A stretch of 64,000 bases of DNA from an uncultured Gemmatimonadales bacterium (GCA_963844035.1 CAWJMT010000004.1:288001-352000); one strand, 5' to 3'; shown: positions 42,654 to 53,341, counted from the stretch's first letter. Numbers and translations: made by a program. Notes: a model not told the origin generated them from the letters alone.

Positions 42654-44819
42654 ATGACCGTGACCCACGCCGACCCCGCTACTCAGCCGCTCCCGGAAGG
42701 GATCCTCCAGGAGCTCGCGGAGCTTGAAGAGCACATCAAGGAATTCCGCCGTGGCGAGATCGGCGAAGTGAAAATGCAAAAGATCCGCCTGCAGTTCGGG
42801 GTGTACGCCCAGCGCCAGGACGGCGTCCAGATGGTGCGGATCAAGATTCCCGGCGCGGTTCTCTCGGGAGACCAGTTGACCTGTCTCGCCGATGCCGCCG
42901 AGCGGTTTGGGAGCGCGTTCGTGCACTTCACCACGCGCGAGGACGCCCAGATCTACTACATGATCCTCGAAAGCGCGCCGGAGCTGATGCGCTTCCTCGC
43001 CCGCTCGGGAATCACGACCCGCGAGGCGTGCGGCAACACGGTCCGCAACATCACGGCGTGCTACCGCGCCGGGACGTCCCCCACCGAGGCGTTCGACGTC
43101 GCGCCCTATGCGCATGCGCTGTTTCGCTACCTGGTCCGCAACGACCACAACCAGGTGATGGGGCGGAAGTTCAAGATCACGTTCGAGGGATGTACCGAGG
43201 ACCATTCCGGCGTGCGGATCCACGACATCGGCTGGCTCGCCCGCGTGCGGCATGAGAACGGGAAGGAGCGTCGCGGGTTCGCGGTGCACGTGGGCGGCGG
43301 GCTGGGCGGCGCGCCCATGCTCTCGAACGTCTACAGCGAGTTCCTGCCGGTCGAGGAGATGTACAACTTCGCGTCCGCCATCCTGCGTCTGTTCGATCGC
43401 TACGGCGAGCGCAAGTCGCGCATGAAGGCGCGCATGAAGTTCCTGATCCAGGCGATGGGGTGGGAGAAGTTCAAGGAGGCGCTCGACAAGGAGCGGGAGA
43501 TCGTCGGCCCGATTCCCTTCCCGCCGGAAGACCTGATCGACGTGCATCAGCCGATCCCCGCGCCGCGCCGCGGACTTCCGGTCCACGATGACCGCCCGGC
43601 CTACAAGCGGTGGCACAGCGACTCGGTGGTGGCACACAAGATCCCGGGATTGCGCGGCGTGAACGTGCGCCTGCGGCTGGGAGACATCGAGAGCGAGCCG
43701 CTGCGCAAGCTGGCCGACGTCGTACGGCGTTATTCCGCCAACGAGGCGCGCGTCTCGATCGAGCAGAACCTGTACCTCCCCTGGGTGCGCGAGGAGGAGC
43801 TGCCCGCGCTGTACGACGCCCTGGTCGCGATCGGACTCGGCGACGCCGGCGCCGAGACCGTGGAAGACATCACGACCTGCCCCGCGGCCGACACCTGCCG
43901 CCTCGGCATCGCCTCAGCGAAAGGCCTCGGCTCGGCGCTTTCCGCGGCGCTCGAAAACGAGCTCGCCGAGTACGCCGACGTCGCCCGCGACGTGAAGATC
44001 AAGATCTCCGGGCTGCCCCAACGGCTGCGCGCAGCACGCCGTCGCCGACATCGGTTTCCACAGCGCCGCCCAGACCGAGGATGGCCGTACCGTCCCCTCG
44101 TATCTGCTGTTCGTGGGTGGCAAGGCCGATCTGCAGACTTCCCGGCTCGGCGGTGTGATCGGGCGATTCCCCGCCAAGAACGGGGTCAAGGTGCTCGAGG
44201 CGCTGCTTTCCACCTATCAGCGCGAGCGGCAGCCGGGCGAGGACTTCGGCACGTGCGCCGAGCGGATTGGCGAGGCAAAGCTCAAGGAAATCCTCGAGCC
44301 GCTGCGCGCTGTGCGCTCGTTCGATGAGGATCCCTCGTTCTATCAGGATTGGGGACATGCGAACGAAAAGTTCGCGGTCCGCCAGGGCGTAAAGGGCGAG
44401 TGCGCGGGAACGACCGTGGCGGAGAAGGTCCCCTCGGTCGCGGACGCGCAGGAAGCGTTCGCGCAGGCCGAGGCGTACTTCTCCCACAAGGAGTTCGAGG
44501 CGACGCTCGCCGCCGGGTACGAGGCGGCCGCAGCGGCGGCTCGTGTCCCGCTCTATCGGCGGCTGGTCGATCCCTTCACGCCCGAGCAGACGATGTGGGA
44601 GTTCGAGAACATCTTCGTGCGCTCAGGGCAGACCAACGGTCAGTGGACAGGATGTGCGCGCGGAGTTCGACGGCCTGCGGAAGGCGCGAGCCAGGCGAAA
44701 GCACGGCGCGGGCGATCCTCGATCGGGCCCGCGAGTTCGGGACGTTCTGCGCAGGGTTCAAGGCCGACCCGATCAAGTTCAAGGCGGCACCGGCTGCGGC
44801 GCAGGAGGCCGCGGACTGA
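42654..44819 (+). CDS. sir: Ferredoxin-type sulfite/nitrite reductase with C-terminal HEPN-like extension (frameshifts near 44010 and 44650-44700)
   Basis: GVYAQRQ, EACGNTVRN, RKFK, GGGLG, CPAADTC, KISG(C)PNGCAQH, GECAG. Confidence 0.88.
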
Positions 44820-44826
44820 TTGCGTC

Positions 44827-45594
44827 GTGGCCAGCAATTCCACGTTGAGCAAAGTCCCAGCCGTCACGCTGGGGTTCTGGATCATCAAGATCGCGGCGAC
44901 CACGCTGGGCGAGACTGCCGGCGACACCGTGACGATGACGTGGGATTTAGGCTATCTGACAGGCACCGCGATATTCCTGTCCGTGTTGGTGCTGCTTGTC
45001 GTGCTTCAGATCAGGGCCCAGCAATTCCACGCATTCCTCTACTGGGCCACGATCGTGGCATCCACGACCGCGGGCACGACCGCTGCCGATTTCGCAACTC
45101 GCTCTCTGGGGATCGGCTACACGGGAGGGTCCGCGATCCTGCTGGTCTGCGTCCTGGCTTCGCTTGCCATCTGGTACCGGTCGGAAGGGACGGTATCGGT
45201 CCAGACAGTCAACACGCCCAGAGTGGAGGCGTTCTACTGGACAACGATCACGTTTTCCCAAACCCTGGGAACCGCCCTCGGCGACTGGATGGCCGACTCA
45301 TCCGGACTCGGGTTTGCGGGCGCCGCGCTGGTGTTCGCGGCAGTATTGGTTCTCGTGACCGCTGCCTATTTCTGGACCAACATCTCCCGCGTGCTGCTGT
45401 TCTGGGCGGCGTTCATCGTAACTCGGCCGCTCGGCGCCACCGTGGGTGACGTGCTCGACAAACCAGTCAATGAGGGCGGGCTCGCGCTGAGCCGGCCAAT
45501 TGCGTCTGCCGTGATCGCGGCGTTGATCATCGCCTGTATTCTCTTCATTCCGCAACGGGCCGCCCGCGCCGAACCCGTCACCCCCGCGCCCTGA
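44827..45594 (+). CDS. COG4705/DUF347 membrane protein
   Basis: SKVPAVTLGFWIIKIAATTLGETAGD, SQTLGTALGD, TRPLGATVGD. Confidence 0.85.
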   Translation: MASNSTLSKVPAVTLGFWIIKIAATTLGETAGDTVTMTWDLGYLTGTAIFLSVLVLLVVLQIRAQQFHAFLYWATIVASTTAGTTAADFATRSLGIGYTGGSAILLVCVLASLAIWYRSEGTVSVQTVNTPRVEAFYWTTITFSQTLGTALGDWMADSSGLGFAGAALVFAAVLVLVTAAYFWTNISRVLLFWAAFIVTRPLGATVGDVLDKPVNEGGLALSRPIASAVIAALIIACILFIPQRAARAEPVTPAP

Positions 45595-47131
45595 GCAACG
45601 GCAGTTCCAAACTGTCCTTGAGCGCCTGCCAGCTCGCCTCGATGATGTTCTCCGAACACCCCACCGTGCTCCACCGCTCCGATCCTCGGGCAGACTCGAG
45701 CACCACGCGCGGCTTGGCCGCGGTGCCGAGATGCTCGTCCACGATCCGCACCTTGTAGTCCACCAGGTGAACGTCGGCCAGCTCCGGATAGTGCGGCAGT
45801 AGGCCCTTTCGAACCGCGCAATCCAGCGCATTGACGGGCCCGGCGCCTTCGGCGGCCGTGTGCACAACCTCCCCCTGAACGCGCAACTTCACCATCGCCT
45901 GCGCGCCGATCCCCGCCCCGTTCGTTTCCTCGACCACCACGGTGAAGCCGAGCAGCTCGAACGGGGGTTTGTAGTCCGCCGCTGAGCGGCGCACCAGCAT
46001 CTCGAACGAGCCGTCGGCTCCTTCGAACTGAAACCCCTGGTGCTCGAGCTCTTTGATCTTCTGCAGCAGGTCATTCTCGGACACCCCGACCTTCAGCCCG
46101 AGCGCCTCGGCGCGCATCGAGACGTTGCGCCGGCCGGCGAGCTCGCTGACCACGACGCGCATTTCGTTGCCGACCAGCGCCGGGTCGATATGCTGGTAGC
46201 TCTCGGGCACCTTCGCGACCGCGGCGACGTGGATTCCGCCCTTGTGCACGAAGGCACTGCGACCCACGTACGGCTGGTGGGCGTCGGGGTTCAAGTTCGC
46301 GACCGCGGCGACAAAATGCGCCACATCGGTGAGGCTGCGGAGCTGTTCGGGCGTGACCACCTCGTAGCCGAGCTTGAGCTGCAGCGTGGCGATCAGCGGA
46401 ATGAGATCGAGGTTGCCGCAGCGCTCCCCGTAGCCGTTGATGGTGCCCTGGACGTGAACGCATCCCGCCCGGACTCCCGCGAGCGCGTTGGCGAGCCCCA
46501 GCCCGGAGTCGTTGTGCGTGTGGATGCCGAGCGGCGTCGAGATCTCGGCGCGCGCCGCGCAGACCCGTTCCTCTACCACATGCGGCAGCTCACCGCCGTT
46601 GGTATCGCAGAACACGACGCAGTCGGCGCCGGCATCGGCCGCCGCGCGCACCGTCGCGAGCGCGTACGCCTGATCGAGACGGGACCCGTCGAAGAAGTGC
46701 TCGGCATCGTAGATCACTTCCTTGCCGGCGCGCTTCAGGTAGGCGACGCTTTCCCCGATCATCCGCAGGTTCTCGTCCCGGGTAGTGCCAAGCACCCGCT
46801 CCACGTGCAGCGCCGAGCTCTTGCCGACGAGCGTCACCACGGGCGTCTCCGCCTCGAGCAGGGCCCGGAGATTCTGGTCGTCTTCGCAGCGCGTGCCGGC
46901 GCGCCGCGTCATTCCGAACGCGGCGACCTTCGCCCTCCGCAGGCCCTCCCGCCCGATCCGCGCGAAGAACTCGGCGTCCTTGGGGTTCGAGCCCGGCCAC
47001 CCGCCCTCGAGGTAGTGGATCCCGAGGTCGTCCAGGCGGTGGGCGATCTTCACCTTGTCCTCGACCGAGAGGGATAGTCCCTCGCGCTGCGTCCCGTCCC
47101 GCAGGGTGGTGTCGTACAGAAAGAGCTTCAT
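45578..47131 (-). CDS. cimA: Citramalate synthase
   Basis: YDTTLRDGTQREG, GWPGSNPKD, DAEHFFDG, CDTNGG, GYGERCGN, HKGGIH; Ile-rich leader upstream. Confidence 0.92.
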   Translation of the reverse strand: MKLFLYDTTLRDGTQREGLSLSVEDKVKIAHRLDDLGIHYLEGGWPGSNPKDAEFFARIGREGLRRAKVAAFGMTRRAGTRCEDDQNLRALLEAETPVVTLVGKSSALHVERVLGTTRDENLRMIGESVAYLKRAGKEVIYDAEHFFDGSRLDQAYALATVRAAADAGADCVVFCDTNGGELPHVVEERVCAARAEISTPLGIHTHNDSGLGLANALAGVRAGCVHVQGTINGYGERCGNLDLIPLIATLQLKLGYEVVTPEQLRSLTDVAHFVAAVANLNPDAHQPYVGRSAFVHKGGIHVAAVAKVPESYQHIDPALVGNEMRVVVSELAGRRNVSMRAEALGLKVGVSENDLLQKIKELEHQGFQFEGADGSFEMLVRRSAADYKPPFELLGFTVVVEETNGAGIGAQAMVKLRVQGEVVHTAAEGAGPVNALDCAVRKGLLPHYPELADVHLVDYKVRIVDEHLGTAAKPRVVLESARGSERWSTVGCSENIIEASWQALKDSLELPLLRARG

Positions 47132-47165
47132 TAGAACCTCGTGGCCGCCCGTTGAAGGACAGCCC

Positions 47166-47201
47166 AAAAACGTGCGCGGCCTCTCATGCTGCGAGAGGCC
47201 G
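47166..47201 (-). terminator. Attenuator terminator upstream of cimA
   Basis: cggcctctc-gcagcat-gagaggccg then cgcacgTTTTT. Confidence 0.7.
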
Positions 47202-47229
47202 GGTGATCCTGCTGGTTCGGAACCTTCTG

Positions 47230-47313
47230 CTACCCGAGTGCCGGCCCCCCGCCTCTCCTAGAGAGTCGAATCGCGATGATGCGAATCAGCGAGGAAACGG
47301 GGCGGCGACGCAT
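47230..47313 (-). CDS. Ile-rich leader peptide MRRRPVSSLIRIIAIRLSRRGGGPALG
   Basis: 4 Ile in IRIIAI; ggagaggc in the leader is complementary to the terminator 5' arm; promoter TTGACG-N16-TAGTAT at 47354-47327. Confidence 0.8.
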   Translation of the reverse strand: MRRRPVSSLIRIIAIRLSRRGGGPALG

Positions 47314-47499
47314 GGGTGTCCCGCCCATACTAATCGCCCGCCTGAGCGCGTCAACCCCGCACGAGGCACCCCCTACCCAGAATAGCTGAAATGGTTTCAC
47401 GGCAGTGCATAATCTGCATGAGTTTGTAGTCCTATGCCGTTACTATGACCATAAAGTGCGTGATTGATAGCCGTTCCTTGCAAGAAATGCACGAATTGC

Positions 47500-47528
47500 T
47501 TGACATATGGTCAATTCGCACTTAAGAT
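47500..47528 (+). promoter_or_regulatory. sigma70 promoter of the porin gene with an overlapping inverted repeat
   Basis: TTGACA-N17-TAAGAT; cgaattg (47492-47498) / caattcg (47512-47518) flank the -35 box. Confidence 0.7.
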
Positions 47529-47592
47529 GCCCGAACGGTACGCAACAGTCCAACACGGACGCCGCTTTTCACCACTTTGCAGAGGAGCCGTA

Positions 47593-48794
47593 ATGTCGCC
47601 CCTCACTCGTACGCAGCGACTGCTGAGCCTTGTCTGGCTCGGTGCCCTCGCCACCCCGTTGGCCGCCGAGGCCGTGCCCGACGTCGGGCCGGATTCCCTG
47701 TCAGCCGCCGCCGCGGCGCCGGCCGCCGCCCCCGCCGAGGATGCAGCTCCTGGCATCAAGCTGAGCGGCTACGCGGAAGGATCCTACGTGTATTCAACCG
47801 CGCCTGCGGACCCGAACATCATCGTCGGGCATGCCTACGATAGATATTCGAACGCGTTCTACTTCAATGCCCTCAAGCTCGTCGCCGACAAGCCGTTCGA
47901 TCCGAAGAAAGTGAGTGGTGGCGTGCGTGCCGAAGTGTACCTCGGACAGAATGCCGCACTCACTCAGTCCAGCGGCCTCAGTCTCGGTCCAAATGGCGAC
48001 GTCACCCAGGCCTATGCCGTACTCAACCTCCCGACTGGCAGCGGCAACGGCATGCAGATCAAGATGGGGAAGATGGTGACGCTCATGGGCCTTGAGGTTA
48101 TCGAAACCCCCTATAACCCGGTGTGGTCCATTGGGAACCAGTTCATATTTGTCGAGCCCGTCACCTCGACCGGCGTTGAGCTCGACCTCAAACCCTCCAG
48201 CGCTCTAGACGTCGAGCTTCGAGTCGACAACGGTTGGGACCGAACCGTCGTGGCCGATGGCCAGAAGAGCTTCATGGGGCGGTTGGGACTCACCGGCGCC
48301 AGCATGTCCCTCGGCCTCATCGGGTACTACGGTCAGATGCAGTCGGGCCTCGACGCGGCCCGGTACGGCTTCCAAGCGTTGCTCAACAAGAAGCTCGGGA
48401 AGGCGTCACTCTGGATTCAGGGCGACTACGGCATGGAGGCGGCAAACGCCAACCTGGCCGACCCGACGCAAGACGCTACCTGGTGGGCGCTCGGAGTCTG
48501 GCTGGCCGCTGACATGTCGCCGACAACGACTTTCTCGGTGCGCGGCGACTACCTGAACGATGCGCAGGGAGCGCGCACGGCAGGCGCATTTGGCCTGGGA
48601 CCCGTATTCGCCGGGGGGGGCCGTACGACGCGCACGCGCTCTGGAGCGTCACCGGGAACTTGAACATCAAGACCTTCCCGGGCGTTCTCATCCGGCCCGA
48701 AGTCCGGTATGACCAGTCGAACTATGACGTCTATGACAACGGCACCAGCGGTTCTCAGGTCGTCGCCGCGATCAGCGTAGCGTACATCTTCTAA
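47593..48794 (+). CDS. Outer-membrane beta-barrel porin (BBP2/OmpL-like; frameshift near 48615)
   Basis: Signal peptide, LSGYAEGSY, QAY, GKMVTLMGLEVIE, NGWD, IRPEVRYD, terminal YIF. Confidence 0.75.
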
Positions 48795-48821
48795 GCCCTC
48801 ACACTGCGAAGCAAATGAAAA

Positions 48822-48839
48822 GGGCACGGCTCCGTGCCC
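48822..48839. terminator. Hairpin between convergent porin and glnA2
   Basis: gggcacgg-ct-ccgtgccc preceded by an A-run (U-run on the minus strand). Confidence 0.55.
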
Positions 48840-48869
48840 ATGGCGAGGCGCCTCTTACATGTCGGTGGT

Positions 48870-50223
48870 CTAGTACAGGCCCAGGTACCGCTCCAGCTCC
48901 CACTCGCTCACGCGGCCGATGTACTCCTGCCACTCGCGCTGCTTGGCTTCGACGAAGCGCTCGTGGATGTGGTCGCCCAGCGCGGCGCGGACCGTGTCGT
49001 CCTTTTCCATGTACTCGAGCGCCTCGTGCAGGTCCCGGGGCAGATCGTCGATGCGGTAGTGACGCCGCTCGCGAAAGCTCATCTCGAAGATGTTCTTGTT
49101 CACCGGGTCGGGCGGCGTCAGCTTGCGCTCGATGCCGTCCAGACCGGCGGCGATCTGCACCGTGAGCGAGAGGTACGGATCGGCCGACGGGTCCGGCATC
49201 CGCAGCTCGCAGCGGGTGCCGACCTCGCGGCGCTCCGGGATGCGGATCAGCGGTGAGCGATTCCGCATCGACCAGGCGACGTGCACCGGCGCCTCGTAAC
49301 CCGGGACGAGCCGCTTGTAGCTGTTGACGAGCGGGTTGGTGACCGCGCAGAAGCCGCGCGCGTGCTTGAGGAGGCCGCCGATGTACTGCAACGCGACGGT
49401 CGACAGTTCCCACTGCGCCTTGGGATCGTAGAAACTGTTGGTGCCCTGCCGGAACAGCGAATGGCTCGTGTGCATCCCGGAGCCGGCCTGCCCGAAGATC
49501 GGCTGCGGCATGAAGGTGGCCAGGAACCCGTGGCGATACGCCACGTTGCGCACCACGAACTTGAAGGTCGCGAGGTTGTCGGCGGTCTCGAGCGCCCCGG
49601 CGTAGCGGAAGTCGATTTCATGCTGCCCGGGCGCCACTTCATGGTGGCCGCCTTCGACCTCGAACCCCATGGAGACCAGGTCGCGCACGATCACGCGCCG
49701 GATCTGCTCGGCGCGGTCCACCGGGGTCAGGTCGAAGTAGCCGCCGCTGTCGTGCGTGCGGGTGGTCGCCTTGCCGTCCGACCCGAGCTGGAAGATGTAG
49801 AACTCCGCCTCGACGCCCGACCATCACGTCGTAGCGCAGCGCCGCGGCGCGCGCGATCTGCCGTTTGAGGGTCTGGCGCGGGCACCCGGCGAACGGGGAA
49901 CCGTCGGGGTTGTAGATGTCGCACAGCAACCGCGCGACGCGGCCGCCTTCGTCGTCGTAGGGCAGGATCCGGAACGTATCGAGGTCGGGCTTCAGGACCA
50001 TGTCCGATTCTTCGATGCGGACAAATCCCTCGATCGCCGAGCCGTCGAACCGGATGTCCCCTTCGAGCGCCTTGGCGAACTGGCTCTCGGGCACCTCGAA
50101 GTTCTTGTTGATGCCGAGGATATCGGTGAACTGGAGGCGCAGGAACGCCACGCCGTGTTCCTTGCAGAGCGCGAGGATGTCGCGCTTCGAGGCTCCGGTG
50201 GTCTTCTCGGGTGTCACGGTCAT
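48870..50223 (-). CDS. glnA: Glutamine synthetase type I-alpha-like (frameshift near 49820)
   Basis: [51 protein letters not shown]. Confidence 0.9.
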
Positions 50224-50299
50224 GGCGCGACCTAATATAGGCGCGCCGGCGGCGCTGAGGCGGCCGGAACCGTCCCGGCCGCCTCAACACACGTCGACG

Positions 50300-51753
50300 T
50301 CACACGTCGTAGTACAGGAAGAATTCGTACGGATGGGGACGGAGCGCGACGGGGTCGATCTCCTTCGCCCGCTTGTAGGCCAGCCACGTATCGATCAGGT
50401 CCTTCGTGAACACGCCGCCCTCGGTCAGGAACGCATTGTCCGCCTCGAGCGCTGCCAGCGACTCACCCAGCGAACCGGGGGTGTTCTTGATGTGCTTCCG
50501 CTCTTCCGGCTCGAGATCGTACAGATCCTTATCCAGCGGCTTGGGCGGCTCGATCTTGTTCTTCACGCCGTCCAGGCCGGCCATCAGCAGGGCGGCAAAC
50601 GTGAGGTACGGGTTGCTCGACGGATCGGGCGCCCGGAACTCGATGCGCTTGGCCTTGGGCGACTTGGAGTACATCGGGATGCGGCAGATCGCCGACGCGG
50701 TTGCGCGCCGAGTACATGAGGTTGATCGGCGCCTCGTAGCCCGGCACCAGCCGGCGGTAGCTGTTGGTGGTGGGAGCAGCGAACGCCAGCAGCGCCCCGG
50801 CGTGCTTGATCAGCCCGCCGATATAGTGGCGCGCCATGTCGGAAAGCATGGCGTACCCCTTTTCGTCGAAGAACAGCGGCTTGCCCTGGTTCCACAGGCT
50901 CATGTGCACGTGCATACCCGGAGCCGTTGTCGCCGTACATCGGCTTCGGCATGAACGTGGCCGTGTAGCCGTTCTGCTTGCAGACGTTCTTCACGATGTA
51001 CTTGTACATCATGATTTGGTCGCCCATGCGCGTGAGCGTGCCGAAACGCATGTCGATCTCGGTCTGGCCCGCCGTGCCGACTTCGTGGTGGTGCACTTCC
51101 ACCGGAATTCCGGCCCCGAGCATCGCGAGCATGATCTTGGAACGCAGATCCTGCTGCTTGTCGGTGGGCGGCACCGGGAAGTAACCCTCTTTGTGCCGCG
51201 GGCGATGCGCCAGGTTGGGCGTGCCGTCGTCCTGCCCTGAGTTCCAGATGCCTTCCTCGGAGTCGATGAAGTAGTAACCCGAGTGCGCGTTCTGATCGAA
51301 CCGCGCCGAATTGAAGATGTAGAACTCCGCCTCGGGGCCAAAGTAGACCGTGTCGGCAATCCCCGACTTCGTGAGAAATGCCTCGGCCTTCTGGGCCACG
51401 TAGCGTGGATCGCGCGAGTAGCGCTGTCCGGTGATCGGGTCCCCGATGTCACAGGTGAGCGACAGCGTCGGAATCTCGAGGCAGGGATCGACGAACGCGC
51501 TCGCCGGATCCGGGAACAGCAGCATGTCGCTCTCGTTGATCGCCTGGAAGCCCCGGATCGACGATCCGTCGAAACCAATCCCCTCAGCGAAGAGGGATTC
51601 GGTCATCTCGCTGACGGGAATCGAAAAGTGCTGCCAGGTCCCGGGCAGGTCGGTGAAGCGGACGTCGACGACCTGTACTCCGCTCTCCTTCGCGAGTTTG
51701 ATCGCGTCGGCCGGCGTGGCGCCCTTAGCGGTGGTCGCTGGTTTCGCGGTCAT
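50300..51753 (-). CDS. glnA: Glutamine synthetase type I-beta (frameshifts near 50915 and 50690)
   Basis: [50 protein letters not shown], adenylylation-site motif DLYDL. Confidence 0.93.
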
Positions 51754-51841
51754 ATGAGACAAATCCTCCGAGGCATCGGGTCACTCCAGGGTGGTCAGGG
51801 CTGCAACGGGCTCCACGACATCGGGCGGCCGACGGGGCGAG

Positions 51842-51870
51842 AAGCTATTCCTCGCCTTATGACCCGTCAA
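51842..51870 (-). promoter_or_regulatory. sigma70 promoter of the glnA-glnA2 pair
   Basis: TTGACG-N17-TAGCTT. Confidence 0.65.
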
Positions 51871-52318
51871 GCAAAATCGGCGTATCTGCGTCACCTACGC
51901 GCCTGGCACGTCGATCCTCGCGCCGCGAGTGCACAACCAGCGTTCGAACACTGCATGTCGTGCAGGGATTGCTCGGCAGTCATGGCGCTGCGAGCTGCGC
52001 CAGTGTTCGAAATGTTCTACATGTCGTTCAAAGCGTGCGAAATATGCACAGAACTTTGCTCACTGCGCAAGGAGACGCTGTAGAATCGAGCCTGGCATGG
52101 AAAATCAGTGCAAAATGTGCACAAGTGGAACTGCAAAGTGGGTTTGTTGCCGGCGGATTATGCGCCCGACGACCAGGACCGACCGTTCGCCTTCCTGGCC
52201 CCGCTCGCGCCCCAGGGGTATGATGGCTCCAGGGGGCGGCTGGCGCCGGCGCCTCCTTGGTTGCCGACGCCCTCACCCCTCTCGTTCTTACGCTCACCAA
52301 GAGCAGGAGGGACAGGGT

Positions 52319-53284
52319 ATGAAGCGACCCACGATCGACCTGATCTACCACGGAGTGATCGGCGGCATCCTCGCAGGGCTGGTGGTAGTGGTGTGGTTCC
52401 TCATCGTCGACTCCTTTGCCGGCCGGCCGTTCCACACTCCAGCGACGCTGGCAGGCGCGATCTTCGACCATCGCCCGCACGTCGGGACGACGGTGCGCTT
52501 GATCGCGCTGTACTCCGTGCTGCACTTCGCGGTGTTCGCACTCCTCGGCGTGTGCGCCGCCTGGGTCGTGACGACACTGCACACCGCGCCCCGTCTGCTG
52601 CTCGGCGTGCTGTTCGGGATCGTGGTCCAGGAGTTGTTCTTCTACTCAGGGCTGGCTCTGAGCGGACTGGCGCCTTCGGGAGTGGTCCCATGGCGGCACG
52701 TGATCGGTGCCAATCTGGTGTCCGGCATGGTCCTCATGGCGTACCTGCACCGGGCGTCACGGGCCGATCTGCCGCTGGGATTGGCGTCGCTGCGGGTGCA
52801 CCCACTTGCCCGCCGAAGCCTGATGACCGGCCTGGTGGGTGCGGCGGTAGTTGCACTCTGGTTCCTCGTCCTCGATATCATGGCCGGCGTGCCGCTCAGG
52901 ACGCCCTATGCGCTCGGTGCCGCTGTGCTGTTCGGGGCGCAGAACGCTTTCGAGGGCTCCTTCTACTTCGGCATCGTGGCGGTGTACAGCGTGATCCATG
53001 TGATCGCCTTCGCGATCGCCGGCGCCGTGTTCGTGGCCATCGCGGAGCAGATCGAGCGCTCGCCCTCGTTCTTGTTGTTGGCCGTCATGACCGCGATCGT
53101 GCTCGAGGCGGTCGTCGTCACGAGCCTCGCGCTCAGCGCTCAATGGGTGTTGGGCACGGTGGGCATCTGGTCGGTGTTTGTCGGCAACCTGCTCGCCGTC
53201 GCGGCGATGGGGTGGTACGTGTGGCGTACCCATCCAATCCTTCAGCACGCGCTGCGCACGCACCCGTTGCAGGTTCGGGTTTAG
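52319..53284 (+). CDS. Polytopic membrane protein of unknown function with internal duplication
   Basis: Two repeats of G..G..VV..WFL..D..AG.P..TP..L...YSV.H...F. Confidence 0.75.
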   Translation: MKRPTIDLIYHGVIGGILAGLVVVVWFLIVDSFAGRPFHTPATLAGAIFDHRPHVGTTVRLIALYSVLHFAVFALLGVCAAWVVTTLHTAPRLLLGVLFGIVVQELFFYSGLALSGLAPSGVVPWRHVIGANLVSGMVLMAYLHRASRADLPLGLASLRVHPLARRSLMTGLVGAAVVALWFLVLDIMAGVPLRTPYALGAAVLFGAQNAFEGSFYFGIVAVYSVIHVIAFAIAGAVFVAIAEQIERSPSFLLLAVMTAIVLEAVVVTSLALSAQWVLGTVGIWSVFVGNLLAVAAMGWYVWRTHPILQHALRTHPLQVRV

Positions 53285-53303
53285 CAGATCGGGCCAGCCG
53301 CTT

Positions 53304-53331
53304 GTAGGGGCACGACATGTCGTGCCCCTAC
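53304..53331. repeat. Perfect 28-bp GTAG-headed palindrome (REP-like or bidirectional terminator)
   Basis: GTAGGGGCACGACA|TGTCGTGCCCCTAC between convergent genes. Confidence 0.65.
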
Positions 53332-53341
53332 ACCGCGGCCC

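Noticed and set aside
44113..45594. Apparent sulfite reductase-COG4705 fusion
   Set aside because: The linker is off-frame text; the alternate frame ends ...AQEAAD* at 44819 and GTG 44827 starts the membrane protein.
51754..51841. Glutamine (glnA motif) riboswitch or sigma54 promoter
   Set aside because: I could not find the glnA-motif core or a correctly spaced GG-N10-GC with TGGCAC/TTGC context on the glnA strand; a sigma70-like promoter fits.
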